Shown here: positions 6,984-16,246 of the stretch, in pieces
Position numbering within the stretch: the stretch's first letter is position 1
How the letters are laid out: the number at the start of each line of letters is the position of its first letter
Source: a virus
Strand: one strand, 5' to 3'
Virus record (IMG/VR): IMGVR_UViG_3300025324_000004
Length of the DNA: 40,896 bases
The notes under the pieces: generated by a model
What the model saw: the letters and a program-made list of their open reading frames with translations, nothing else
What the model was told of the DNA's origin: nothing
Database searches by the model: none
Position numbers and translations under genes: made by a program

Positions 6984-9900
6984 GACTTGGCTTTATAGTT
7001 TATCGGTTTTCTTTTTTGCGACTGCTGTTTGTTTTGCTCAAGTAGTCAATCCTCCTCTTAGAGTGAGAGAGGACGACGGTTCGCCGGATGCTCAACCTGT
7101 GTTCGATGTGATCGTACCGGCAGGGCATCTGCTACAAACAGGAACAACAGTCGAACTATACGACCTTGGGACCGCTTCGGGAGGTTCAACCACATTATCC
7201 GGGTTGAGCGACACCAATATTTCTGCGCTTGCTTCAGGCCATATTCTTATCTATGACGGGACCGACAGTTGGGACAATAAAACAATGTCCGGGGATGTGG
7301 CGATCACTTCCGCAGGCGCAACGACTATTCAAGCAAATTCGGTTGCTCTTACAACAGACACTACTGGGAATTATGTGGCATCGGTCGCAAATGGGACAAG
7401 CATAACCGGCGGGGCTGCCGGTTCTGAGGGGGCTGCGCTTACTTTAGATGTCGCAGACGATTCTATAGACGGGACTGAACTGGATGATTCAATCACTTTA
7501 GACGCCGCGACTCTTGTTTTCAATGATGGGGCAAACACCTTACTTACTATTACTGATGCCGGGACTACGGGGGATCTCACGGCGACAGGGACAATAGAAG
7601 GAGCGACTCTGACCGAAGGCGGTGCAACAGTTTTTAACTCAGGAGAAACTCCAGGCGGTGAACTTGGCGGGACTTGGGCTTCTCCGACGGTAGATGACAC
7701 TTTGGCTGTAACCGATTGGAATCTCACGACTCCGACCATTACGACCCAGTTCACATTAACGGCTCAAGCTACTCCTCTGACCGATGCCGATGGCGAGGTG
7801 GCGTTAGACACAGACGGATGGGGGACCGGGTTTGACGCATATGAGGTATTCAATGGAACGGCGTCAGCTTACCTGGTAGCTACCACGGCCTCAGACGTTC
7901 CTTCAAACGGGCAAGTCCCTCAGTTCAATACGGGTGGTTCGATTACTTGGGAAACGGTCGCGGCTGGGGCGGGAGGAGCTACTACTGAGATACAGTTTAA
8001 TAACGCGGGGGTTTTAGATGGAGATGCGGGCCTGACTTGGGATGATACCAATAAAGTTGTGGGGATAACTTCAACCGTCGATAATTCTCCGATTAATATA
8101 ACTCATACCGAAACTGGAAGCACCACGGCGGCTACCATTGCTGCAAGTGGAGATACGGCGGGAGATGGGTTTATGGGAGCTTCCATCAGTGGAGATACTT
8201 TTTCGAGATTCAGATTTTTATATGACGGAACAATGACTGTGGGGCCTGGGAGTGCAGCAAGAGATGTGAGGCTATATCGTAGTGACACAAAAATTTTTAC
8301 CATTGATGATACGGCTGGTGCAGCGGCTACTTTAGCGGTCATTGGGGAGATTGATATATCAAATGCGGCAGCTGGGGCCGGAACTCTGAAAATTCTAGAG
8401 GACACGGATAACGGAATCAATTATACAACGATAACAGTGCCGGCTTTAGCTGGGAATGTTGCATATACTTTGCCACCTGATGATGGAGATGCGGGTGAAC
8501 AATTACAGACTGACGGATCAGGAATTTTAACATGGGAATCCGCAGGAGGAAGTGGCGACTCGATTACAGTCAACACGACCGCAGCCACAGACGCCAATTT
8601 CCTAGACAATCTTTACATGGACTGGGGGTTGGATACAGTGGCAGCTCCTGACGATATTACGGCAAAATTCAATTATGCGACCACGCTTGCAGGAAACCCC
8701 GCTTTGTTGGTGGATGAGATTGTTTTGTTTGCGGATGCGATCGGGCCAGGATTTTTATCTGAGGGTTCAACAGCAGACACGAATGAACAACTGTACCGAT
8801 TTCCAGATGTGAATGGGGTGGACACTACCAGCTATTTCATGTTGGATGATACGTCAATCACATCAATAGACGATGCCAGTTTGGAGGTGGCTTCTGGTGT
8901 ATTGAGAAGGGCGGCATTGAGTGGGGATATAACGGCCTCGGCAGGAAGTAACACAACTGCGATTGCTGCGGGAGTTATCGTAGATGCAGACATGGCGAAT
9001 GACGCTTTGGACGCGGACAAAGTAGTTGGAGACGCGACAGACGATGATGATTTGGATTTAGCGGCTGGCGGAACAGGGCAATCTTTGGTCGATCCAGGAG
9101 CAGACGGCATATTTATTTGGGACGACTCAGACACGGGCACTGAATGGAATTTTGCTGTGATTGGGTCAGGACTTTCGTTTGATGGGACGACTCTAACGGC
9201 CACTGGAAGCGCGCCGACTTGGGATGTGATCGGTGACGCCTCTGGAAACGGATCAATCGGATTTGGTGATACTGAGCAGACGATAGTTTCCAGCCAAACA
9301 ACGGGTGATGTGAGTGTTTTGAATATCGATTTCAACCAAATTAACGATGCAGCAGCCACAGATGATGTTGACGTTTTCAGATTGGATTTAACATCTGAAA
9401 GCGAGGATGCAGGTGATACGTTAGACGGGTTTGTTATTAACTATGAAGAAGGAACAGCTAACACCATCCTAGACACTGCTATTACTATCAACAATTCCGA
9501 GACTACGGCTTCTACGTTGACTGATGCTATTCTGGTGACTTCCAGTGGGGTAGACGGCGGAGTGGTTGATGCCATTGACGTTTCAGCGGCGAACATCACA
9601 AACGCTATCAACATAGGCGCAAACAATATCATCACGGGCGCAGCAACCATTGCGAGTACGGAATTAGACCGATTAGACGGGCTGGCTTCAGCAATTATAG
9701 AAGATGATGCCATTGATACAACTGCCGAGCTGGAAACTATACAGGGCAGTGTAAATATTTTGCTTGAAACCGAAATAGACGCTTCCTCAGAACTTTTGGC
9801 ATTGATGGATGATGAAACTGGTACCGGCGTTTTAGTTTTTGGGACTTCGCCTACATTCACAACCGGAATTACCGTTCCTGCCGATTCAATTAGTAACTCT

Positions 9901-10461
9901 GAATTGGATGAAGCGGCCACGTTTACTTGGACGGGTGTTCATGATTTCGGCGGAACATCCAGCGTTGAAATGTTAAATGCCGCCTCTGCCACCATTGACG
10001 CAGACGGTGAGTTCTACCTGGAAACGGATTCAAACAGCATCAATATTCAAGCTGGAGACGGTACCACTATCGCTGCGAATCAAGATGTGGCATTGCCTCT
10101 CATCCAGTCTCGCAATGTTACAATTTTAGAGCCTGATGTTATACAGGTTTTAGTAGATCATGTTCGTTTATTCTGTGTCGATACTTATGATTATCCTAGT
10201 GGTATTAAGATCGTGGCTATTAGGTTAGATGCAGATGTTTCAGCAACAACCACTGTTAACATCGAGGAATGGGATCAGGCAGCGGTATCAGGAGCCACGA
10301 TTGCTACGATTGATTCAATCGCTCTCAGCGGGGCTACTGAAACGACTGAAACGACTATCACAGATTCAGACATCGCTACAGGCGCATATGTGATGGCTGA
10401 TTTGGATACGGCCAATATAAACGAGATGGGAATAACGGTGTGGTTCTATGCGAAAGATTAA
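6961..10461 (+). CDS. Large tail-fibre-like protein (1166 aa) with a signal-peptide-like N-terminus
   Basis: Composition is T/G/A/D-rich. It contains the fibre-type motif YTLPPDDGDAGEQLQTDGSGILTWE. The N-terminus is MKPLQKLKTWLYSLSVFFFATAVCFA/QV. Confidence 0.7.
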   Translation: MKPLQKLKTWLYSLSVFFFATAVCFAQVVNPPLRVREDDGSPDAQPVFDVIVPAGHLLQTGTTVELYDLGTASGGSTTLSGLSDTNISALASGHILIYDGTDSWDNKTMSGDVAITSAGATTIQANSVALTTDTTGNYVASVANGTSITGGAAGSEGAALTLDVADDSIDGTELDDSITLDAATLVFNDGANTLLTITDAGTTGDLTATGTIEGATLTEGGATVFNSGETPGGELGGTWASPTVDDTLAVTDWNLTTPTITTQFTLTAQATPLTDADGEVALDTDGWGTGFDAYEVFNGTASAYLVATTASDVPSNGQVPQFNTGGSITWETVAAGAGGATTEIQFNNAGVLDGDAGLTWDDTNKVVGITSTVDNSPINITHTETGSTTAATIAASGDTAGDGFMGASISGDTFSRFRFLYDGTMTVGPGSAARDVRLYRSDTKIFTIDDTAGAAATLAVIGEIDISNAAAGAGTLKILEDTDNGINYTTITVPALAGNVAYTLPPDDGDAGEQLQTDGSGILTWESAGGSGDSITVNTTAATDANFLDNLYMDWGLDTVAAPDDITAKFNYATTLAGNPALLVDEIVLFADAIGPGFLSEGSTADTNEQLYRFPDVNGVDTTSYFMLDDTSITSIDDASLEVASGVLRRAALSGDITASAGSNTTAIAAGVIVDADMANDALDADKVVGDATDDDDLDLAAGGTGQSLVDPGADGIFIWDDSDTGTEWNFAVIGSGLSFDGTTLTATGSAPTWDVIGDASGNGSIGFGDTEQTIVSSQTTGDVSVLNIDFNQINDAAATDDVDVFRLDLTSESEDAGDTLDGFVINYEEGTANTILDTAITINNSETTASTLTDAILVTSSGVDGGVVDAIDVSAANITNAINIGANNIITGAATIASTELDRLDGLASAIIEDDAIDTTAELETIQGSVNILLETEIDASSELLALMDDETGTGVLVFGTSPTFTTGITVPADSISNSELDEAATFTWTGVHDFGGTSSVEMLNAASATIDADGEFYLETDSNSINIQAGDGTTIAANQDVALPLIQSRNVTILEPDVIQVLVDHVRLFCVDTYDYPSGIKIVAIRLDADVSATTTVNIEEWDQAAVSGATIATIDSIALSGATETTETTITDSDIATGAYVMADLDTANINEMGITVWFYAKD

Positions 10462-11698
10462 TTTTGCTTTAGCTTTATTTCTTTTATTCCAATCTGAAGT
10501 TTTTGCCGCTAAACAGGTTTTTGTGGGAGGAGATAGCTCGAACCCTGCTGCAACTGCTGTTAGATATAACGCGCTCCAGGGGCCTTTCGCGTCTTGGGTA
10601 GCTGATATTGATGATGTTGAATCAATTACTCCATCTGCCGGAACAGTCAGCAATTTTAGAATCAAAGTAGATACGACTCCAACCGGAGCAGAGACATGGA
10701 CGTTTGATCTTTTGCTGGATGGAGCAGCAACCGATTTAAGTATAGTTATCTCTGCCGGAGAAACGGATGAACTTGATACAAGCAGCGTTTCTGTAAGCGC
10801 GGGTCAAGAGATTGTGATTCGATCGACTCCATCCGGCACCCCTGATTTAACCAGCGTTCAATGGGCTTTGGATTTTGAGCCGACCACCACAGACTATTTT
10901 TGGATACTCGGTGGATCTGATGGGACAAATGCTCAAACAAATAGAACAATTCCACTAGGCGGGCATGAGGCTATAGACGGTTCTCCTGTTGATGTGGAGA
11001 TTGTGACTCCGGTTTCAGGAACTTTTAGGAATATGTATATCAGTCTGGAAACAGCGGTCGCGGCTGGAGAATCTTGGACTTTTACTCTTAGGAAGGCAGG
11101 AGTAGCGACAGCGTTAACCCTTACAATCACTGAGGGGTTGACTGAAGGGTCGGACACATCTAATACAGTTGCGGCAGCGGCTGGTGAACGATGGGGTATA
11201 TATATTGAGGAAGTAGCTGTTGGCGGTGTTGGGCCTCCTATTTGCGGGATTGTGTTTGATCCAGACACGACAGGTCAATTTTTGATACCAATGATGGACG
11301 ATAGTTCTCTCGCTTTAGGAGAAACTTTTAATGTTCCATCTGGAATTGGATTAGCTTGGACAGCGACAGAGACTAGTTTTGATCAACTCGCTAATGCGTT
11401 CACCGCTAAAATGATTTATTGCAGTATGACAGTGGCTCCTACTGCTGGAAATAGCCACATTTTAACGTTGAGAACTAACATGACAACTGACACTGCATTG
11501 GCGGTAACTGTAAATGATACGGAAACAAGTGATTCAGTGACAACAGATGTATCTATAAGTGCCGCTGATTTGTTGACACTCAAGCATACAGTCAGCGGCA
11601 CTCCGGCATCAAGCGTCGAGAATCGGATTACCCTTGTTGGAATTGTTCCCGCAGCTGGCGGCGGCCCTAAAAAAGGTGCTGTCATGGTGGTCAATTAG
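10448..11698 (+). CDS. Secreted-type structural-module protein (416 aa)
   Basis: Overlaps the upstream gene by 14 nt. The N-terminus is MRKINFALALFLLFQSEVFA/AK. The body is T/S/A-rich and beta-like. Confidence 0.6.
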   Translation: MRKINFALALFLLFQSEVFAAKQVFVGGDSSNPAATAVRYNALQGPFASWVADIDDVESITPSAGTVSNFRIKVDTTPTGAETWTFDLLLDGAATDLSIVISAGETDELDTSSVSVSAGQEIVIRSTPSGTPDLTSVQWALDFEPTTTDYFWILGGSDGTNAQTNRTIPLGGHEAIDGSPVDVEIVTPVSGTFRNMYISLETAVAAGESWTFTLRKAGVATALTLTITEGLTEGSDTSNTVAAAAGERWGIYIEEVAVGGVGPPICGIVFDPDTTGQFLIPMMDDSSLALGETFNVPSGIGLAWTATETSFDQLANAFTAKMIYCSMTVAPTAGNSHILTLRTNMTTDTALAVTVNDTETSDSVTTDVSISAADLLTLKHTVSGTPASSVENRITLVGIVPAAGGGPKKGAVMVVN

Positions 11699-11706
11699 GA
11701 GATGAA

Positions 11707-12168
11707 ATGATAAATTTATTGGTTTTAATTGTTTCATTAATGCTGAGCACATCAGCTTTAGCCGCTATTCAATCAATTACAATTGATACTTCCACTTGGG
11801 ATCAGCGGCAAAAGAATCTTTTGACCGCAGCTGTCATCAAAGAATCTTATGCGATCAACAACACCATCAAACCACCTATTTCAGTCAATTCGAATACTGG
11901 AGAAGTTGTCTTCCAAGACCCGCCGTTTAATGTTTCTGTTTTGACGACACAGTTAATTTTTAATGCTGTAAATCAAATCATAATTGATTCCACTCAAACG
12001 CCAGACCAAATCAAGGCAGATGAAGTCATAGCTGCTTATAATTTTCTTGAGAAGGTGTTAGCTGCCTACACACAAGTCTTGAAAGCGAAAAACCCCACTT
12101 TGATTGTTTCCAATATGAAGCAAGCAGTGATTGACCAAATGAAAATAAACGAAGGGCTGACTCCGTAA
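11707..12168 (+). CDS. Hypothetical protein with signal peptide (153 aa)
   Basis: SD AGGAG lies upstream. The N-terminus is MINLLVLIVSLMLSTSALA/AI. Confidence 0.55.
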   Translation: MINLLVLIVSLMLSTSALAAIQSITIDTSTWDQRQKNLLTAAVIKESYAINNTIKPPISVNSNTGEVVFQDPPFNVSVLTTQLIFNAVNQIIIDSTQTPDQIKADEVIAAYNFLEKVLAAYTQVLKAKNPTLIVSNMKQAVIDQMKINEGLTP

Positions 12169-12473
12169 TGGGTGCGCCATCTGAAGAAATCTATAAGAAT
12201 CTGCCAAGTATGGTTCAGATGCCACTTGATCAGGTGGTCGATAGATTACAGGACGCGCCGCCTGACGTTGTGGCAAATGCGGTCGATCAGCTTGTGCAAG
12301 GGGCGGGCTACGATCCTGGCTTCTTCCATGATTTTTTCGGGATGTTCGGCAAATATCCGGTTGAAGTAGCAAGCATGGTCGGCTTCGCGGGAGCGGGCGT
12401 GTTGTTCATTTTCAGGAAGAAGGTGCAGACAATTGTTACAGACTATTTAGGGCTGAAGCGAGCTGGGAAATGA
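12168..12473 (+). CDS. Hypothetical protein with a C-terminal hydrophobic segment (101 aa)
   Basis: TAATG overlap with the upstream gene and ATGA overlap with the downstream gene. Confidence 0.5.
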   Translation: MGAPSEEIYKNLPSMVQMPLDQVVDRLQDAPPDVVANAVDQLVQGAGYDPGFFHDFFGMFGKYPVEVASMVGFAGAGVLFIFRKKVQTIVTDYLGLKRAGK

Positions 12474-12736
12474 TTGAAAATAAGACGAACGTAGCAGTGA
12501 ATGTGGTTGTTGGAGTTCTTGTCCCTCTTTGTCTTATTTATTTGAGTACGGTAACTACTTTTGGAGTGAAGACGATTTCCAGCATGGAAAAACAATTAAG
12601 CAATTTGACTGTTAAGGTAGAAACTTTAACGGAATGGTCAATCGAAAACAAGAAAGACAACGAGCGGCAGGACAAAGAAATTGACCGATTGGAGAGGCTG
12701 AAATTTTCCAACTTTGCACCTCATGTCGGCGGATGA
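12470..12736 (+). CDS. Small single-pass membrane protein (88 aa)
   Basis: ATGA coupling. The N-terminal TM segment is VAVNVVVGVLVPLCLIYL. Confidence 0.5.
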   Translation: MIENKTNVAVNVVVGVLVPLCLIYLSTVTTFGVKTISSMEKQLSNLTVKVETLTEWSIENKKDNERQDKEIDRLERLKFSNFAPHVGG

Positions 12737-13145
12737 TGGAAGTCGCTCCGAAGTAGAGAAACTGATGAGCCACCAGATTCTAAATCAGAACTCGGAACAT
12801 ATTATTTATTCCAGGGAATTGGCTCCTGGAGTATTCACGATCTGGTATGAAAATGGGACTGGAATTTCACGGGGGTGTCTAATTTTGACGGCAAGGGGGG
12901 GTGCGGTCGCGGAAATGCAGATACCGCTTCAGAGCTTGCCAATGAACAAATTTTTGGTATGGAAACAGGAGACGGAAAATTTTTGCAGAAACCACGGATG
13001 GGATTTGGTGTATGGATATACGGTTAAGGCGCTTGGGGATTTTTTGATTTTATCCGATCCAAGAGTGTTTTGGACGGACGAGGAAATTTCGGTCGGCCCG
13101 AATTACAAAAGGAAACTGGTTTGGGATTTAAACAAGAGTTTATAG
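12723..13145 (+). CDS. Hypothetical protein (140 aa from the ATG; the ORF track starts at TTG 12714)
   Basis: In-operon ORF. The start is uncertain and there is no clear SD. Confidence 0.45.
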   Translation: MSADDGSRSEVEKLMSHQILNQNSEHIIYSRELAPGVFTIWYENGTGISRGCLILTARGGAVAEMQIPLQSLPMNKFLVWKQETENFCRNHGWDLVYGYTVKALGDFLILSDPRVFWTDEEISVGPNYKRKLVWDLNKSL

Positions 13146-13167
13146 GTTGACTAAATTTGGTCAACCT
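13144..13167 (+). terminator. 8-bp perfect hairpin AGGTTGAC-N8-GTCAACCT just after the stop at 13145; weak terminator candidate
   Basis: Read directly. The T-tract is poor (ttgtaatt). It is followed by two copies of attgtaaacct at 13179 and 13201. Confidence 0.3.
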
Positions 13168-13239
13168 TGTAATTCCTTATTGTAAACCTTAAGGATCTAC
13201 ATTGTAAACCTATTGAATCCATTAAGGAAGGTGTAGCCA

Positions 13240-14370
13240 ATGATTCCTACATTGAACGACTTGAGAACAAGTATCCAAAAGAAGATGCAAGACACCTCTT
13301 CCGGGCCGCCGATTGACTACTGGATCAATCAGGGCAAGGACTTGATTGAGGCGTCTTGGCCTTGGCCTTTTCTTAGGCGCAGAGGGACGATTGTGACCGT
13401 TGCCCCTGTGACAGCAGGCGACGCCGATGTGACGAATGGCTCGAAGAACGTCTCTTCGGATAACGGCAGCACTTCATGGGCAGCCGGAGTAGTTGGGAGG
13501 AAGTTCAGGATAGACGGAGAGAACGCTTATTACGATATCGCTACCCGTTCTTCGGCTACGGCTCTTATCCTAGAGCAGGTTTACCAAGGCTCTACTGCTA
13601 CTGATAGCGCCTATAGCATCTTCCAAAACGAATACAAGCTGCCTCCTGACATGATCGCGCCAAAAAGCCTTGTAACCATGAATAAGCCTGTAAAGTTGAC
13701 ATGGGTTACTCTCGGCCTGTTCGATGAGAAATTCCCATCTCCCGAAGATACGGGCGAGCCGGATTATTCGGTTCTCCTGGGGCGAGAGAATGATATCTAT
13801 GAGACAGGGACGATCTCGGCAACTGTCAATACAAGCATCATGACTGGGAGCGGCACTTCTTGGCTGAGTGTCGAGGGGCTTGCGAGAGGGTCAAAGATCA
13901 CGGTTGGAGAAAATGTTTACATGATTAAATCGGTCGATTCGGACACTCAAATCACCGTGTATCAAAATATCGCAGCGACCATCTCATCCGGAACTTCTTA
14001 CACCATCCATCTTGATAACTGGATTGTCCTTCTGCATGACATCCCTGATGCGGTTTATAACCTCCCGTTTAGGTATCAGGGGCATACTCCGCCGATGGTA
14101 GATGATCAGGACTTGCTGATTTGCTGGCCTGAAAGCATGGCTGATTTGCTTGAACTCTACGGAGATATAAAGGCTTCTGATTTCAACCATGACTACAACA
14201 GGATGGATAGAAGCGAGAAACGATTTGCTCTGAGACTTTTGGAAGCGCAGAGAGATCATGGGAAAGGCGCGCTTGAGCAAGTAACTGTTTTGAGGTCAAC
14301 CGACGATCTGAAATTAGGCAGAAGGGCAGTTCGGTTCCCTTCTGAATATCCTCTACCTTGGTCAAGATAA
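13240..14370 (+). CDS. Virion structural protein, function unassigned (376 aa)
   Basis: SD AAGGAAGG lies upstream. It is in the tail-module position and has no signal peptide. Confidence 0.6.
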   Translation: MIPTLNDLRTSIQKKMQDTSSGPPIDYWINQGKDLIEASWPWPFLRRRGTIVTVAPVTAGDADVTNGSKNVSSDNGSTSWAAGVVGRKFRIDGENAYYDIATRSSATALILEQVYQGSTATDSAYSIFQNEYKLPPDMIAPKSLVTMNKPVKLTWVTLGLFDEKFPSPEDTGEPDYSVLLGRENDIYETGTISATVNTSIMTGSGTSWLSVEGLARGSKITVGENVYMIKSVDSDTQITVYQNIAATISSGTSYTIHLDNWIVLLHDIPDAVYNLPFRYQGHTPPMVDDQDLLICWPESMADLLELYGDIKASDFNHDYNRMDRSEKRFALRLLEAQRDHGKGALEQVTVLRSTDDLKLGRRAVRFPSEYPLPWSR

Positions 14371-15971
14371 TGAGCAAAGCTCGAAAGAGATTTCTAGCAT
14401 TAGGCGTAGCCTATTTCGGCTTAGCAGTTTTTCTGATGGCTGGAGTTACGTTTGCTTCCACGCCGAAGGCTAATAAATATGAGTTCTTTAATAATGCGGG
14501 CGGTCTCAACTCGAAGCTGTCTTCGATCTCGATTGACGATGATGAGGCAAGCGACATAAATAATATGTCGTTTTCTCGCGGAGGCTCTATCCAGACGAGA
14601 AGCGGCTACATCAAGTACAACTCGACTGCAATCACCGGCACTCCGTCAATCACAGGGCTTTTTTACAACCGATTCACCGATGGGACCAGGATGCTTCTGG
14701 CCACGACCTCCAACTCCAAGCTCTACAAATCGGAGATGGATGGAACGATGGATGACGTTACAGGTTCATTCAGCCTTCCGTCCGGTCAGGATTCCAGAAC
14801 ATCGTTCACCGTCGGCAGAGACATGGTGTTTATCGGGTTCAGCGATACGGCTCTTAGCCCGATTTGGGTTTCATCGACTGGTGCGGTTGTCTCTCTGGCC
14901 GGTAATCCTCCGGAAGCCAAATACAACAAATTCAACAAGAACGTCCTGTTTTGGGCCAACGGCAACCAAGATGGCACTCTCTATAAATCAAGAGTTTGGT
15001 ATACGCCACTTGGCGATCTAGGCTCTTCAAAGAATGTCGAGAGATATCCAGACGAGTATTTCTTTGATGTCGCTTGGGATGACGGAACGGAAATAACCGC
15101 TCTTTTTACTATCCTGGACACTATTTATATCGGGAAAGATACCTCTATTTGGAGGCTCAGTGGCAGCGACCATGACAGTTTCGTGCTTGAAAGGATGATT
15201 GTAGACACAGGACCGATAGCTCATGAAGTTGTTCAGGTCATTGATAACGTGGCCTATTTCATGGATTCGAAAAACAGGATTGTCTCCTATGATGGAGGCA
15301 TCAAGGTCGTCGATATATCCGACAGAATCGAGACGACTTTAAATGCGCTCAATGAGAACAGAAATATTTATTCGGTCAGTTCGAGATATAACGACGATTA
15401 CCAGATTTCGGTAACTGATGCAGGAGGTTCAACACATGATACGATCTTTTATTACGACACTTTTCAGGACGCTTGGACCATTTACAAAGGTATAGCCGCT
15501 AATGCCATGGCGATTGCGTCAACGGTAAACGATCCGGAAGTTTGGTATACGGGCAATTATGCCGGGAGAATCTATGAACAGGATTCAGGTACAAACGACG
15601 ATGGGACGGCTATTGATTGGTATTACACATCAAAACAATATAGATTCCCTGATGTTTGGGGCAAAAAAACTTTCAGGGCTGTTGATATCACATACAACAC
15701 GGAATCCAATTACAACATCAATGTAGAGCATCGAACAGATTTCGCTTCAACTGGGGTGGCGGTAACTCTTAATCTGAATCCTGGTGGGTCACTGTGGGAC
15801 TCAGGAGTATATGGAACAGCGACATATGGTGGGATTGAAGTGGCAGACGCAGACATTAACGTCAATAATAGTGGGGAGTTTTTCTCCTTAAAAATATGGA
15901 ACGACCAACTAAATCAACCAGCTACTATTCTAGGCTGGAAAATATATGTCGAGCCAATAGAGCGAAGATAG
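14370..15971 (+). CDS. Tail-module protein with signal-peptide-like N-terminus (533 aa from ATG 14370; the track starts at TTG 14358)
   Basis: TAATG overlap with the upstream stop. The N-terminus is MSKARKRFLALGVAYFGLAVFLMAGVTFA/ST. Confidence 0.6.
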   Translation: MSKARKRFLALGVAYFGLAVFLMAGVTFASTPKANKYEFFNNAGGLNSKLSSISIDDDEASDINNMSFSRGGSIQTRSGYIKYNSTAITGTPSITGLFYNRFTDGTRMLLATTSNSKLYKSEMDGTMDDVTGSFSLPSGQDSRTSFTVGRDMVFIGFSDTALSPIWVSSTGAVVSLAGNPPEAKYNKFNKNVLFWANGNQDGTLYKSRVWYTPLGDLGSSKNVERYPDEYFFDVAWDDGTEITALFTILDTIYIGKDTSIWRLSGSDHDSFVLERMIVDTGPIAHEVVQVIDNVAYFMDSKNRIVSYDGGIKVVDISDRIETTLNALNENRNIYSVSSRYNDDYQISVTDAGGSTHDTIFYYDTFQDAWTIYKGIAANAMAIASTVNDPEVWYTGNYAGRIYEQDSGTNDDGTAIDWYYTSKQYRFPDVWGKKTFRAVDITYNTESNYNINVEHRTDFASTGVAVTLNLNPGGSLWDSGVYGTATYGGIEVADADINVNNSGEFFSLKIWNDQLNQPATILGWKIYVEPIERR

Positions 15972-16246
15972 TTTGGGGCGTCTTCTGTTTCCTGTGGTGT
16001 GCAGGATACACCCATGCGGCTAAGATTACGCAGCCTCCGCCTTTGCCCGACGAGCCTGTAGCTGAACAACTTTATCTGAAACAGCTTTATGATAACTTCA
16101 ATAATTTGGAGACCGTCACATACGACCCCAACGGGAACCGGGACGGAGTTCTTGGAGATGTGGTTTACTATCAATCAGGGGCAAACAGATTTCTCAAGGT
16201 TTGCGATGGAGGCACGACATGGTACGAAGTCTCTTTAAGTCTGTAA
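15896..16246 (+). CDS. Small fibre-module protein; start uncertain
   Basis: The only canonical start (ATG 15896) overlaps the upstream gene by 76 nt and lacks an SD. A signal-like segment KIVWGVFCFLWCAGYTHA/AK begins exactly where the upstream gene ends. Confidence 0.4.
   Translation: MERPTKSTSYYSRLENICRANRAKIVWGVFCFLWCAGYTHAAKITQPPPLPDEPVAEQLYLKQLYDNFNNLETVTYDPNGNRDGVLGDVVYYQSGANRFLKVCDGGTTWYEVSLSL

Noticed and set aside
13179-13211. Two attgtaaacct repeats as a promoter for the 13240 gene
   Set aside because: No acceptable -10 hexamer lies at the right spacing from either TTGTAA. It is recorded only as a direct repeat next to a weak hairpin.
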